Source: Octopus sinensis (Eukaryota). Taken from it: a stretch of DNA of 64,000 bases. The position numbers and the translations under genes were made by a program. This document shows positions 20,620 to 34,495 of the stretch, one piece after another (the first letter of the stretch is position 1; each line of letters starts with the position of its first letter). The notes below the pieces were generated by a model. It made no database searches and was not told the origin of the DNA. It saw only the letters and a list, made by a program, of their open reading frames with translations. Where the stretch lies: NCBI RefSeq assembly GCF_006345805.1, contig NC_043013.1, positions 55,118,001 to 55,182,000 of the forward strand, given 5' to 3'.

Positions 20620-22955
20620 CTAATGTAAAAATAATCGATACAAAAAGCCTTAAAATGTAAAACTTTTCCTCTTAATGAACATTAGATAGAGAAGAAGTGT
20701 AACTGTGTGTTATTTGATCTTCACATAATGAGCATAATGAGATCTATGAGCATTTGAAATAACCTGCCAATTTACATCCAATGTTAACAAATTAAGACTT
20801 AATTAATGACATGAAATCTTCCTATAACTAAATAAAGAGTGATGTTACCAACTTGATGAAAATATCTTATAAAGCCTTAAGGTATTGAGTAAATCTTGTT
20901 GAATTTGACACAAGATTTTTACAGAGATAGATTGCATTCCAGATTGCAAAGAAATGACAACAAAACAAGCAGACAGCAAATAAATTGAGCTAGTTTTGTC
21001 TTTCCTTCAGGTGTAACAATATTTAGCTAAATTTACATTTCAGACCAGAACATAATTCTTGTATATTTTTTTTTTATTCATGACAGAATATTTCCATGTA
21101 CTTTCTTTTTGTATCTATTACAAATTTTTATTTTGTTCTTATAACACAAACTGACACAATTCATTTAATTCTTGAAAAAAATCTAAAATGATTATTTAAA
21201 TTATGATGAAGCAGAAGTGTGAATAAAATCAAATAATTGCCGAGGAAAAAACAAAAACTATTGCTGCTTTTTTTTAATGATGTTCCATCAGAAAAATTAA
21301 TTTTCTGGTAGCAAATATTTGAAAAAAAAAATATTGAGATTAGACTATTATTTCCTGCTATCAGATTTGGATTAATCTTCAGCTCAACCCCTTAAATTGA
21401 CTTGGAGACACTTTTTTTTTCTTAGAAATCTGCATGAATGTTTGAAAAAAGTATTTAAATTTTAAATTAGATTTTAGAAAATTATCGAGTAAAAAACTTC
21501 TATTCATTGTTGATAAGGATGTATTGTAAAATTTGATACGATGCCAACAATTAATGCAAAAACATGCAACATTTACTTGGCCATACTTAAATAAAGTTGG
21601 CACCAGTTAAAGGTCATTTTAACTTTTTTTTCCAAAACACAGCCAACAAAAGCTTCTTTGATGTAATAATTCAATATAATAAAACAAAATAATCTAGGAG
21701 AAAATTTGAAAATATTTCCAGTTTCCTCTAACGATAATTTCAATATTGGTCAATATCAGATATAATTCTCTATGAATATTGACTGAGTCCATAGTTTGAG
21801 AGAATATTCCCTTATGCCTAATCAGAGGTTTGAGGTTAAAAAAGAAGACTATTTTAATATCTATAATCATAAGACATTACTGCCATAGAATAAGACAGAT
21901 TCAAATTATTCTAATTGCTTTAAAGTAGATCACAAATGATGAATGATTGAGATGTTAGAGATATTCACGAAGGGGAAAAGTATTTTTTGAGAAACTGTTT
22001 TCTTTTTACAAAAAGGAAACCACATTTTTAAAAAGAACAGGAAAAGACACATGAGTATTTACTAAGATATTTCATTGAAGAAAGACAAAAAAGACAACTT
22101 TGAAAAGTAAATTAATTAAAGATTGAATGGTGTGAATCTGATTTTTGATCTGTTTCTGTCTATCAGATCCACTTAAAGAGAAAGAGAATGTGTGTGTGTG
22201 TGTGTGTGTGTGAAGAAATTTGCTTTCAAAACACATTATTTCAAGTTCAATCCCACTGCATTGTACCTTGGGCAAGTGTCTTTTACTACAGCCTTAAGAT
22301 TGGATAATAGAGCTTCACTCTATTATCCAATCTTATCCAAGGTTTGCTGGTGATACTTTAAGGAAAGTCTATGGAATTCTGGGTATTTCAGAAGCTTGAA
22401 AAAAGAACCATCAAGACAAATACATTTTGATGGCTTTGAATAAAAGAGGTGATCGACGGGTTCAGAAGGGTACCACCTTGTCATAGGCCTAGGCTTGATC
22501 AAGATCATCATCATCAATAGATCAGGTCTATTGAATAAGAGAGTATGTTGTATGAGCCAAAGCACCCACCAATTTCAGAACACAACACTGATGTGTCCAA
22601 GCACTGCATCCATTGATGGTATGCTGAACTTACATACAAACATACATGTATGTATTGACTGGATTAATTTTCACACTAACTCCTCTCAGTATGGCATGTG
22701 GCCCAATGGTTAATATGTTCCTGTCAAAATTGCCAGATTGTGGGTTCACTTCTCAGACTGGATAGCTTGTTGTGTTCTTGAGCAAAACACTTCATTTCAC
22801 ATTGCTCTAGCTCTGTGTGGGGGTGACTAGCATGCCAAAGAATAGACCCAACATTTCCTCGGCAGGTCATAAAAGGCAACAAAAAGTGGTTGAGGTAGGA
22901 TTTGCTCTCTGAGTTTGTAAAGAATATTAGATATAATTAAACAACTCAAGGTGAG

Positions 22956-22998
<43 letters not shown>

Positions 22999-23884
22999 CT
23001 TGGTTATTAATAAGTATTAAATACAGATATTAGCTTAATAAGTCATGTGATCTACACCTAAGATGGAATATTATACATTAACCAAGATTCCTATTCAAAA
23101 TAGATATTGCATTGTTGTTGTTGTTGTTGCTGTTGCTTAGCCCCCAGTCATTCCAGGCTCGTGGCCAAAAAGGTTCCAGTCATAAGTATCCCATCTTGTT
23201 GACTATTTGCTACTACTTTGTTTATAGTAAATATTTCAAATGATAGAGTATAAGTTAAGGGAGATTTGGTAGTTATTTCTAGCAATTAAACAACCACATT
23301 GAAACCTTTTTGCTGCCTCATAAAGTACAAGATATCTAATAAAGATAGTTGGCTTCAGCCCTCTCTTCTTAAAGCTACAACACTAAGTTATTTTTATAAT
23401 TAGAATGAGAAGCTTATTTTTAATTTATATTTTACACAAATCATGTCAAAAGACACAGATTCAGGTATGAAATGTTAGAAATGGTGTCAAATTAATTAAT
23501 ATGCTTCCAAAGAAGAAATCCATATTGTTTCTTTCAATTTACAGCTCACCTCACAGTAGCTGAAAACTGACATCTTATATGTTCACAGATGGTAAGTCTG
23601 AGAGATAGAATCTGCCAAAATTGTTAAACCATAAACAAAATGAAATTCTTTACACATACATAACCACTTTACAAATCCCTATCACATTTACATCAACACT
23701 ACTAGTGAGAGGAAGAGGAAAATGTTTTCATAGTAACATTCTGTTAACCATGTTTTATAATGATTTACAACAAATATTTTCTCTTAACCTAACACCTACC
23801 ACTGTTCAGAAATATCAGATCAACGTATATAGATGAATGCCCTGAATTTCATTAAACAATTTCTTTCAACAGAAATTATAACAA

Positions 23885-24125
23885 AACCCTTTTCTTACAA
23901 TATTCTTTTGAAACACTGTCTTTGTTTCAATTAATTTTGAAAATAATAATTTATTAAAATAACATTTTAAGGTAGCATCTAGCAGAATCCTTTCCATACT
24001 GGACAAAATGCTTTGTGGTATTTCATCTATCTTTATGTCCTGAGTTCAAATTCCACCAAGGTTGACTTTGCCATTTGTCCTTTTGGGGTCGATAAATTAA
24101 GTACCTGTGAAACGCAGGGGCTGAT
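23885..24125 (+). mobile_element. Truncated piggyBac-type MITE end followed by a family B SINE
   Basis: cccttttcttac...tttcaattaattttgaaaataa matches the 29506 element; then gcagaatc...gagttcaaattccaccaaggttgactttgcc...ggggtcgataaattaagtacc. Confidence 0.6.
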
Positions 24126-25679
24126 GTAAATGTTTTATTTAGATAAAAAGTTTTTATTTAGAGCTTTAAATATTATATCTTAATAATAGAATTTGTATAA
24201 TAGAGCTAAGGAAAGTCTTAGATGGATTGGTACTAAAAGGGTTGCAGTAGGCAAAAAGACGATGACAAAATCTGCTCACTTTTACCTCACTTCATTTCAA
24301 TTTAATCTGCCACCCATAATGTTGAGCAAGGCTCTCATATATCCCTTCCCATGGCATCCAAATCACCACTTATCTTGTTAGGTTTGATATTGGCTCGTTG
24401 TGAAAAGATGGTATGTTATGCAGTGTAAGGCTTCGTGGGAGAAGTCTCAGAAGGAGCTGCCGAAACATGGTAACACCTCTCATCTATGTACACACACACA
24501 CACACACACACACATGAATACTCAAGCACATATGCAATATATAAAAGTACATGAAGAATAGGAGAAAATAAATTAGAGAAAAATCTAAACCAGAAACTGA
24601 ATTGAGACATTTAAAATTCCTTTATAGAATTTGTATATTATTCATCTTTTATGTAGATGAGTTTCAAGTCTTCGCTCCATTTCACTGGCAGTAATAAATT
24701 CAGAAAAAATAACAATACAAAGAACAGAAGATAAATACAATAATGGCTTCCATTTACTTCAAGATTTCAAAATTATTTGTTATATTTTCTAAATACCGTA
24801 ATCATAATATATTTCTAAAAGCACCCATAATTTAAAAGAGCATAAATAAAAAGTTTTAAAAATTCAGCAGAATCTCTTCTATTATTCATTTTTAGGACAA
24901 ATATTCTATTGCAGTTGTCAGTTAATATTTCAGACCTGTGCATGAATAGAGAAGTTGATGCAATATGGAATATTATGTGTTATGTTTATTTAAACCTATA
25001 TTTATTTTATTTGTTTCATTATCATTTTTGTAGAATAAAATAAAATAAAGCTTTCTACCATTCAGCTATAATTTTACCAGTTACGAATCATTAATTTAAC
25101 TTCTTTTTTTTCTTTTTTATCTGTTCTTTTATATCAGTCAATATTAGGGCAGTAAATATGCCAGACAGAACAAGCATACATTGCATCAGGTACTTTTCTT
25201 TATCTATTCAATATGAGAAGAAGAAAAAAAAAACAAATTTAAAACATTTTTATATTTAATTTAGAATATGTTCACTTTTCTCTGTTTAAAAGGAATGAAA
25301 AAAAAATGCTGAAAATATATTAAGGTAAGATACATAAAGCAGATTAATGGAAAAGTATGAAGCAATTTACAGAAATCAATATTTAATGGCACACTAATAT
25401 AAAAGTATTTGAGGGTTATTTACATGAATAATTCATACTTGGTATACTAGGATAATTTTAATACCAGGGTCACTATGCAGAAGGAATAACAAACACATAC
25501 ACACACACACAGAGGCACATACATATGTAGGATATGTGCATGCATGTATACACACAAAAATGTAGAATATATATGTAATTATATATATATGTCTGTGTGT
25601 GTGTCCCCACACATGGAAGGCAGGTGTTAAACGATGATGATGATGATAATGATGATATAGTCTTTGAGTCATTTTTTCA

Positions 25680-26052
25680 TTTATTTGTTTCAGTCATTTC
25701 ACTGTGGCCATGCTGGAGCAACACCTTTAGTCAAACAGATGGACCCCAGAACTTATTCTGTGTAAGTCTAGTACTTATTCTATTGCTCTCTTCTGCCAAG
25801 CTGTTAAGTTACAGGGATGCAAACACACCAACATCGGCTGTCAAGTGATGGTGGGAGGACAAATGCAGACACACAAATATATATATATATATCGGGTTTC
25901 ATTCAGTTTCTATCTACCAAATTTACTCACAAGGCTTTGGTAGGCCTGAGGCTATAGTAGAAGACACTTGCCCAAGGTGCCACGCAGTGGGATTGAACCC
26001 AGAACCATGTGGTTGAGAAGCAAGCTTTTTACCACACAGCCACTCCTACGCC
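25680..26052 (-). mobile_element. tRNA-derived SINE family A, near full length
   Basis: Collinear with the copies at 10686 and 18630. Confidence 0.85.
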
Positions 26053-26630
26053 TATATATATATATATACACACACACATTGTGTATACACACACAAAGGC
26101 AGATATGTAGAATATGTGCATGTATATACATACATCAATGTAAAATATATTTGTAAGTATATATATCTTGTGTGTGTGTGCATACACACACACACTGTAT
26201 AACTAAGGATTTGTTTAATTGTATTATGTCTGTGTGTTTTTTTATGCTAACATGGGGTGCATGACTACAGCATAGAAGCAGTGTCTTACAGCTGGATGGC
26301 TCTCATGTTGGATTCCTCACATAGTGTTCCAGTAAGAGATCTCTTCTTTCGCACACATTCAATGGTGCTGAGTGAAAGAATGATTTGTTGACAGCAGAAG
26401 TGACAACAGCAACACAGCTTGCTCATTGCTTGTAATTTTCGTAAAATGCAAATGGAAACTTGCAACACACACACACACACACATGTACATATATCCTCAT
26501 GTTACATCTTGCTTCCATGCTGGCATGGATAAGTCAGGTCAGCAGGGTCACACAGAATGGAGAGTTGCAGTATGCTGTGATGTCTACTTTCAAATGGTTT
26601 CTATGGCTGGATGCCCTTCCTAACAACAAC

Positions 26631-26684
26631 CACTTTGTGGCACTTTGTGGCACTTTGTGGCACTTTGTGGCACTTTGTGGCACT
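26631..26684. repeat. Perfect 10-bp tandem (CACTTTGTGG)x5 inside an RTE-tail remnant
   Basis: Direct inspection. Confidence 0.95.
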
Positions 26685-26709
26685 CCGTCAGTTATGATGA
26701 TGAGGATAT

Positions 26710-26998
26710 GAGTTGATCCAATCAACAGAACAGCCTGCTCGTAAAATTAACGTGCAAGTGGCTGAGCACTCCACAGACACGTGTACCCTTAACGTAGTTC
26801 TCGAGGAGAGTCAGCATGACACAGTGTGACAAGGCTGGCCCTTTAAAATACAGGTACAACAGAAACCCCCTGCCAAAGCCTTGTGGAGCTTTAGGTGCTT
26901 TCGCTCAATAAACACTCACAACGCCCGGTCTGGGAATCGAAACCATGATCCAATGACTCTGATCCACTGCCCTAACCACTGAGCCATTGCGTCTCCAC
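26710..26998 (-). mobile_element. Composite SINE: family C head joined to family E body
   Basis: 26870-26998 matches 8600-8726; 26710-26860 matches 52400-52545. Confidence 0.65.
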
Positions 26999-29505
26999 AC
27001 ATGGAAACTTATATATATATATGTTCAATTCCATGACTCGATGGTGTGTTCTATCCTTGAGCAAAGTGCTTATTTCATGGTGTTGTCCCAGAACCCATCT
27101 AGTTACAAAACAAATTGCTTAACCCTGCACACATACCAGTAACCCTATGACCTTCACACAGACTTGTCAGAAGGTCAGAAGGTCTGCCGAGTAATTATTT
27201 GTATTCGACACTGTACGTTTGTATACCATTCTTTTATTCAAGCTCTACGAAACTGTACTTAAGTTGCAAAGCTTTCTTGATTATATTTCTAATGAAATTC
27301 ATAATCATTGCATTTCAATTATTTTTGAAAAGAAGCATATACAGGAAAGTTAGAGAAAATTATCAAATATTTCCATTATTAATTTGATGCTTGAAACCTA
27401 ACTGAAGTAGTATTATGATGAAATGTAATAATTTCAATATGAACATTTTAAATCAGTGTTGTTTGTACCATAGAATTAGAAGTAGTTTTAAGTGGGTGAA
27501 TATCAAAACTGTTTTAATTGATAGTAGAGAAAGAAAAGTTCATTTTAATTTAATTCTAAAAAGCAACAAAATATTAATTGAAACCAGCACGAAGAGATTG
27601 TGTGGTATGTTGCTAACAGAGTCAATCCCAACGAGTTAGCATTTCTTAACACTCAGTAAATTGTTAAGATATTGAAGCAGTACAATTTAGAGACTGTTGA
27701 AGTAATTGTACAGCGAATTTGAGGGAACAGATGAAGCATTAAAATTTGGCATTATTTCCTATCATCATCTCAGATCGGGAGGAAATATTTCAGTGCAGTT
27801 GAGTCGACATTAGAATGTTGAACCAAAGATATGATATTTCCAAAAACAAAATCCTTAAAATAGTATTTGTTGCCCTGGAATGAATTTATTGCAAGATCTC
27901 TATTCTATAAACTTTTGAGTTAAGAGGAAATTTACTTGAAAGAGAATAAAAATTTATAAATAAATTTTCTTTTTCTTTTTCTTTTTGTGGTGATGAGTGA
28001 GGGTGGGGAGCTAGATGACAACATCCAACCTTTTGATAGTAGTTAGGGGCAGGTTGATGATGATAGTTCCTAGAATTTACATTTCAAGTTTTTGAGAGCA
28101 AGGTAGAACAAACAAAATTGCTAAAGATGCATTGATAGAAACGAAGCCATGTTCACTAAGTTTTGCTAGGGATTTAAACTTTTACACACAAGAAACTAAA
28201 TTTTCCAACTGAGATAATAAACTGAAACATAAAACACATTTTGATAAATCACAACCAAATACAATTTTTGCATACGATTCTATACATTGCTTAAAATTAT
28301 GTCACAGTCATTGATGATCATATATTTTATACCCAACTAGACGGCTTTCAATGCTATCTACTGATTAGTATGAATAATGGCTGTTTGTAAAGATCAAATG
28401 CAGTTGAACCATAGCTTGACACTGACCAATAAAGAAATAAACAAGTCTCTGTTGTATTTTATGGAAGTTCTCTGGCACTAAGCAATTACCAAATTGAAGT
28501 TTTATTGATTGAATTATGTTAATAATTTAATTCAAAGCTTTGTTTTTGTTTTTGTTTTCTGCAAACAGCCTTTTAGGCACCAAACTGAGATTACAGTCAA
28601 CAAAAAAAAGAAATAAAAGCCAAAAACCAAAATAGTCAAAAACAAAAAGATCCTCAAAACAAAAACTTATATGAATATGGAAAAACAAAACAAATTAGTC
28701 CAATTTCTCTGAGACTACATTGAAGTAATGACAAAATAAAGATGAACAAGTAAAAAAACAAAGATAAAAGATATACACAAAGAATGAATTAGTGGAGAAT
28801 GATGTATGTCGGACGTAGTAATTTCACTGTTCTATTGTGATGAGAGAGTTTGCATTAGAAATTGTGGCTGTAATGTTTAGTAGCAACTAGATTCCAAAAA
28901 ATGTCTGTTATTAACATCCCAAAATAATAATTGCAGAAGGAGCTATTATAGCAGTGGCTTATTAAATCACTATTATTTCTAATTCTTTCGGTTTTTCCGT
29001 CTTTTCTATTTTCCATTATAATTGAGCTAATGTATATGCCAAAACATGCCACAGCTGCTTCTACTACTACTACTACTACTATTAATAACAACAACAGCAG
29101 CAACAGCTCAACAACTTTTACAGTTAATCTCACCCTGTTGTTCTATATGTCAAATCTATCTGATCAAGCACTAACGATCTTTACTGATTTCCAAATTTGT
29201 CTGATGCTATTTGAGATTCTGTGACGTAGACTTCACAGAGGACAAAAATATTGAAAGAAGGTGGGGAGGGTTCACAATTTAAATAATAAGTTAATTATGA
29301 ACAGTAGCATAAAGAAGTTTTTTATTATTTGCTATTCTCATCATAAGAGTACATACGACAGATCCTCTAACAGATTATTCAAATTACTAAAAAGAGCAAC
29401 CAAAAGCTCACTCAAATCATAGCCTACTGTATTAAAAGAGAAGACAAACTGGGTTAATGTACCCCAAAAAGAAAAGAGGGATAGGCACAGCTTGAATACC
29501 CTTAA

Positions 29506-29727
29506 CACTTTTGTTACCCTATTTCTGTTGAGATGCTCTGTGTTTCTTTCAATTAATTTTAAATATAACAAAGAATTTAGTAAAATAACTTCGTTATCAT
29601 TAAGCTAGTGTTAGAAACATAAATTGTGACTAAGGTTTGGTGGAAGATTTTAATTCAGAACTTTTGAAAACAAGATATTTGTACTACAAAACTAGAGGCT
29701 GCTTCAGGCTGGTTGGTATCAAAAGGG
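29506..29727. mobile_element. piggyBac-type MITE with TTAA target-site duplication
   Basis: TTAA(29502-29505)-cacttttgttacc ... ggtatcaaaaggg-TTAA(29728-29731); CCC/GGG-type termini; no ORF. Confidence 0.8.
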
Positions 29728-30099
29728 TTAATCATTGTTGATTGTTCATGGCAGATATGCAGCTGGACACCACCAACACAAACACATGTATATACACACT
29801 CATACACACAAATTGAAAAAGATAAGTAGATGGCAAAAATTGGCTGAGAAGTGAGAAAAATTATTTGCCATATTTACTTAGTTTCCATACTTTTACTTTC
29901 TGATTTCAAATTGCCCAACAGTTGATTTTATTTTTCATTGTGTCAGAGTTTATAAGCCAAACATCAGTTAAATATTAGACTAATTTGATTTTAATTGCTG
30001 GCACTCATTTCAACAATTTGAGATCTTTGTGCCTCAAATTAAAACCGTTACACCAATTTAAAATAGAATGGATGCACTTGTGTCAAATCCAGATATGTT

Positions 30100-30320
30100 T
30101 AGTTTATCGGAAATGAACCAATAAAAGCTGGACAATTGTAGAAGGCTTCCGTGAATGAGTAAATAGGGACTCCACAAGAAATCAACATTACTGATCAGCT
30201 GAGCATGTTGTGTGTTAAATACTAAAAAATTTGAAATACAAAGGATTTGTATTTCACTTCGAAACTTTTGTTGATAGAAAGCAATAGCTGGATAAGACGA
30301 ATCATATTAGATATGGTTCA
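30100..30320 (+). mobile_element. Possible very old LINE RT relic
   Basis: EGFR...DSTRNQ...FVD pieces resemble the non-LTR RT Q.GFR..RST.DQ...FVD region; heavily decayed. Confidence 0.25.
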
Positions 30321-31403
30321 GTACTGAGAGGACCAAATGGGGTTGAATGACAATAGATGTAATGATATGATGTAGTGGAGAATGTTTATTCTATTACATT
30401 GGCCTCTTTTAGATAAATTAGAGGCATAACTGTAGTTGTTTTGAAAGGAGGAGGGACTTGAAAAGTGAAGGGCTGAAGTAAGGATCCAGCTGAGGTGATG
30501 ATAAGGTAAAAGTGATTTGTACGGAGTTCATAGGAGAGGCAGGTGTGAAGTTGATAAGAAGAGAAATAGGATATATTTGGTTCAGCTGGCTACACACACA
30601 CACACGCACATGTATGTGTGTTTGAGTGTTGATATATACACTCAATAAAATGATTAGTAAAAGCATGAAGACAACCCAGGCCTTAGGGCATGGCACCTTC
30701 TCTAGTGCTGCAGCCATGATAAAATGCACCAAGTGCATTCTGCAAAAGGTTAATGTTTGGAAAAGCATTCAGCCATAGACACCATGCTGAAAACAGATTT
30801 CAGTGAGTAAGGTACGGGACTCTGACTCATCTGGCTGGGCCACACCTCTGAATAAGAATTGGCACGAATTGCAATGGCTTGTCTAGCCCAATCTCGAATG
30901 GAAAAGGGACATAAAATTATGATAAGGATATGTAGCATTGGCAATACACACACGCACACACACACACACACACATACACACATAGAGGAAGAGAGAGATA
31001 AAGAGAGTAACAATGTCATGAAATCAACTGAACTCCTCCAATTACCATTTCTCCCAATAAGCATGATTTTACCACCTTGTAAGTCTTCCCTTTGGAACGA
31101 AGTAACAGGAATCAAAAGTTGACCCTTCTGAGTTAACCGTATAGATTCTATTAATGTATAGATTTATGTTACAGCTCCAACGGATTCATAATTCATTTCA
31201 ACATTTGCTGTACTCAATACCTTAGACTGATGTGCTGCTAGAGCTAAATTTTAATTCCTTAAGAAAGAACATGAAATTCAATAAAATCAGTTTTTATTGA
31301 AAACCATTTTCATAAGGAAATCCTACAAAGCATCTCTGCAACTTCTTTGTTTTTTTCTTTATTAAGTCTTATTCATATTTTATTTTTCTTTAATATTTAT
31401 TCC

Positions 31404-31449
<46 letters not shown>

Positions 31450-32341
31450 AGTGAAGATGGTCATCTTTTGTCAGTTTCTTTTCCTATTATTTATATTGCA
31501 TCAAGACAATATACGTATAAAACTTGAGCTATCACAGACAGTCTTGCAAAGTCTAATAACTCTTATTTCCTTTGGCTGTAAAATAATGTTGCCATTGTTA
31601 CTTTATGCCACTGTCACCACCACCACCACCACCACCACATCATAATTATTATCATGATTGTTACTGTGGTCACTGGTCATCCTGAGAAGCTATGTGTATT
31701 TGTAGATATATCACATTGGTGAATAAATAATTGAAGTAGATAATTTCTCATATCTTGTAGTGAGAAGAATTCTTTTTACAAATATAACATCTTTCCTTTG
31801 CAGACACAGCTTATTAATGAAATGGAGAAGGATAACAAGCGGGGTACACTGCAAACGTTTCCTATTGCTGTCTGAAGATTTTTAGATAAGGGGTAAATTG
31901 CTGTTGTGCATTCTCAAAGGTATATTATTAAGCTGAGAGAAATGGAAACAGCTATGAATAAATGCTAATTGCAAGTTGGTTTCATTAGAAACTAACTTGG
32001 AAGTTATGACAACAGGTTAATGACTGGAAACCATACAAGCAAGGCCTTATAGAGCATCGGGGTCAATTAAATTTAAACATTGGACTTCTTATTTAAAATA
32101 TTATCATTTTTTCCTTTTTTGAAATTATTAGAAATAAAATACACATTAAGAGTCAAGATATTAAAAGGATAAAATGCATTTTATCTGAATTTAGAGGAAA
32201 ATATTTTTGGAGATAGTGGGTTGAAGAGAATTCTTGAAGAATTAAGGACTGAACAATCCATGAAAAATTTTCAAATATAAGTTAGTTGAAATTTATTTCA
32301 AGAGAAGAACTTCTTCTAAGTTTCAAAGTATTGCACATTCA

Positions 32342-33064
32342 TGACCTCTGCCAAGGGAGGAGGTTATGTTTTCATTGGCTTTGGTTTGTCTGTCTGTCCA
32401 TCTGTATGCAAAATAATTCAAAACGTTGTGAACAGTATTTGATGAAACTTGCAGGAAACGTTGGTAATGGCACAAGAAACAGATGATGAAATTTTGGTAG
32501 TGATCCAGGAATTTTTATGGATTCTTGAAGGATTTTTCATTTGTTGTATTTACATGAAGTATTACAATGTTACGTTCTTTGATTATTCCCTTGAAAACTC
32601 GTTCATCGTTTCCACTTAACCTATGGTGGTGTTGCTGTTTCCAAAGTTTATTTTCATTTCTCTATTAGTAATTTTACTCGCGTATCTATCTTAAAATGAG
32701 CTGCTTGGCAAAGGTCTGCAGAGGATGACATGACAAGCCTTGACTATTGGGATTGACTCAAAAATCTCAGGCTTTGATCCCTCCACCGCCTCTGTGAGCT
32801 CTATATCATCTGTATAATGTGGAAAATATTCCATCAACATTGTCCATCTTTAGAATTCGTCCGAGGCTTGCCCCCCCCCCCCTTCGCCCCCGTGCCATCT
32901 CTCTACTACAGAAATGTTCAGGTCATATCACAACACTATGACAGAACTGTTTCACCTCAATTGGTTGTTTTTGCCAGCGATGGTTTGGGAAATTGGGCGA
33001 CTTTCAGCATGCACGTATATGGGTGGAAATGAGCTGCTTGGCAGAGGTCTGTGCTTTTCTAGTT
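32342..33064 (+). mobile_element. Non-autonomous Helentron/DINE-1-like (HINE-type) element with duplicated 3' end
   Basis: 5' subterminal acctctgccaag(ggaggaggttatgtttt), (GTCT)n microsatellite, and inverted copies cttggcaaaggt (32704) and cttggcagaggt (33037), ending ...ttctagtt. Confidence 0.65.
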
Positions 33065-34139
33065 AGTAATGTTTTGCACTTTACGTAATTGGGTTTTTTG
33101 TTTCTTTTTTTTTATATCTATTTAGTAAAATTTGAATGGTCATCCCTGATATAAACTGCAGAGTAGAATGATTAAGGTGGTGTGATGATCTTATCTGACT
33201 TCCAACAGTTTATGCAGCTAAAATTTGAGTCAAACATCATTCTTTCATTATAGATTTGGAAAGAGCCCCCCGCCCATCATTTTCGTATAGAATCACTGAC
33301 CAATCTCACACTTTAAAGATCAGCTCAGTGATGCCATCCAAAGTCAGTCATTCACTGATGACAAAATATTTTATAAATTATATGGAAACTATTTTACAGC
33401 TATTTCTTCTAGTTAAGTAAAAACAAAAACATTCATGGTGTAATATTGGCCACATTATAACATTTAAAAAGTTTACAGGTTATATTTCAAAGATATTCTA
33501 TAAAACATGCTTTCCTTTTCTTCATGTTAGTGACCTACATCTCTTTGAGCAAAGTAAATATATTGCAGAAAGAAGCCAGAAGATTTTAATATGGCAATCT
33601 TAATTACGATTTTACAAACGGTCAAATCCTTATAAAGCATCTGTTTTCTTTTGGAGTTTCTTTACTTTCAATTGCTCATGAAATTAACAGCTGGATTTAT
33701 GTTGATAGATGTTTAAATGTAGAAGCATCAGTTACTGAAGATAGATTTTGATGTAAGAGATACACATTCAACTGATGCCAATACAGAACATTAGCTGTAA
33801 TCTCTTCATGATGACAGAAATACTTAAAGCCTTTCTAGTTAAATAAACAGAATTATCATGTCAGATTAAATCAATCTATTGGCTTTTTGTAACTAAATTG
33901 GTATAAGGAACTGTTCAAAAAGGTCTTTTTACAAACTTGTGTTCTGATATTATATTTCTGCTTTGAAATTAATCACTTTGAAAAATATATTTGTAATTAC
34001 CACATAATCCATGAATATTTCCCACATAACCCATCAGTATGTACCACATAGTTATTTCTATGAGGCATGTAGATATTACTGTACCTCATAGTTAAGAAGT
34101 AATATCAAAGCCAGATAAAAAAAACGAATGATTATGAAA

Positions 34140-34495
34140 GGGTTGTATATGTTCTACTCAACTATATTAGAGATTGAAACATAAATAAAATTATAATCAA
34201 ATAGATTAGAAGATATGAATAGAGTTGTGTTTGATGATCTGATGGGAGAACAAAAATAAACCAATGATGAAGTGTGAAGAGTGGCAAAAATTAAATTTTA
34301 TTTGACACCATCAAAGACAGAAGGCTGGATTGTGAAAACTGTTAATTGTAGGTGAATTGGAAAAGATGATGAGGAGAGAACTAAGAATTATATGGATGGA
34401 TAATAGGAAAAAAATAGATGTAATACAGGCAATGTACAGGAAAGATCAAAATGGTGCTCCATGATATTCAACCAGTGATGGCATTTCATGAAGAA
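34140..34495 (+). mobile_element. RTE-LINE ORF C-terminal relic
   Basis: WE..TNDEV*RVA, TIKDRR, RIIWMDN and QERSKWCSMI match RTE C-terminal motifs in order. Confidence 0.55.

Noticed and set aside
27581-27616. KPARRDCVVCC resembling a piggyBac Cys-rich tail
   Set aside because: Only 11 codons with no supporting transposase motifs nearby.
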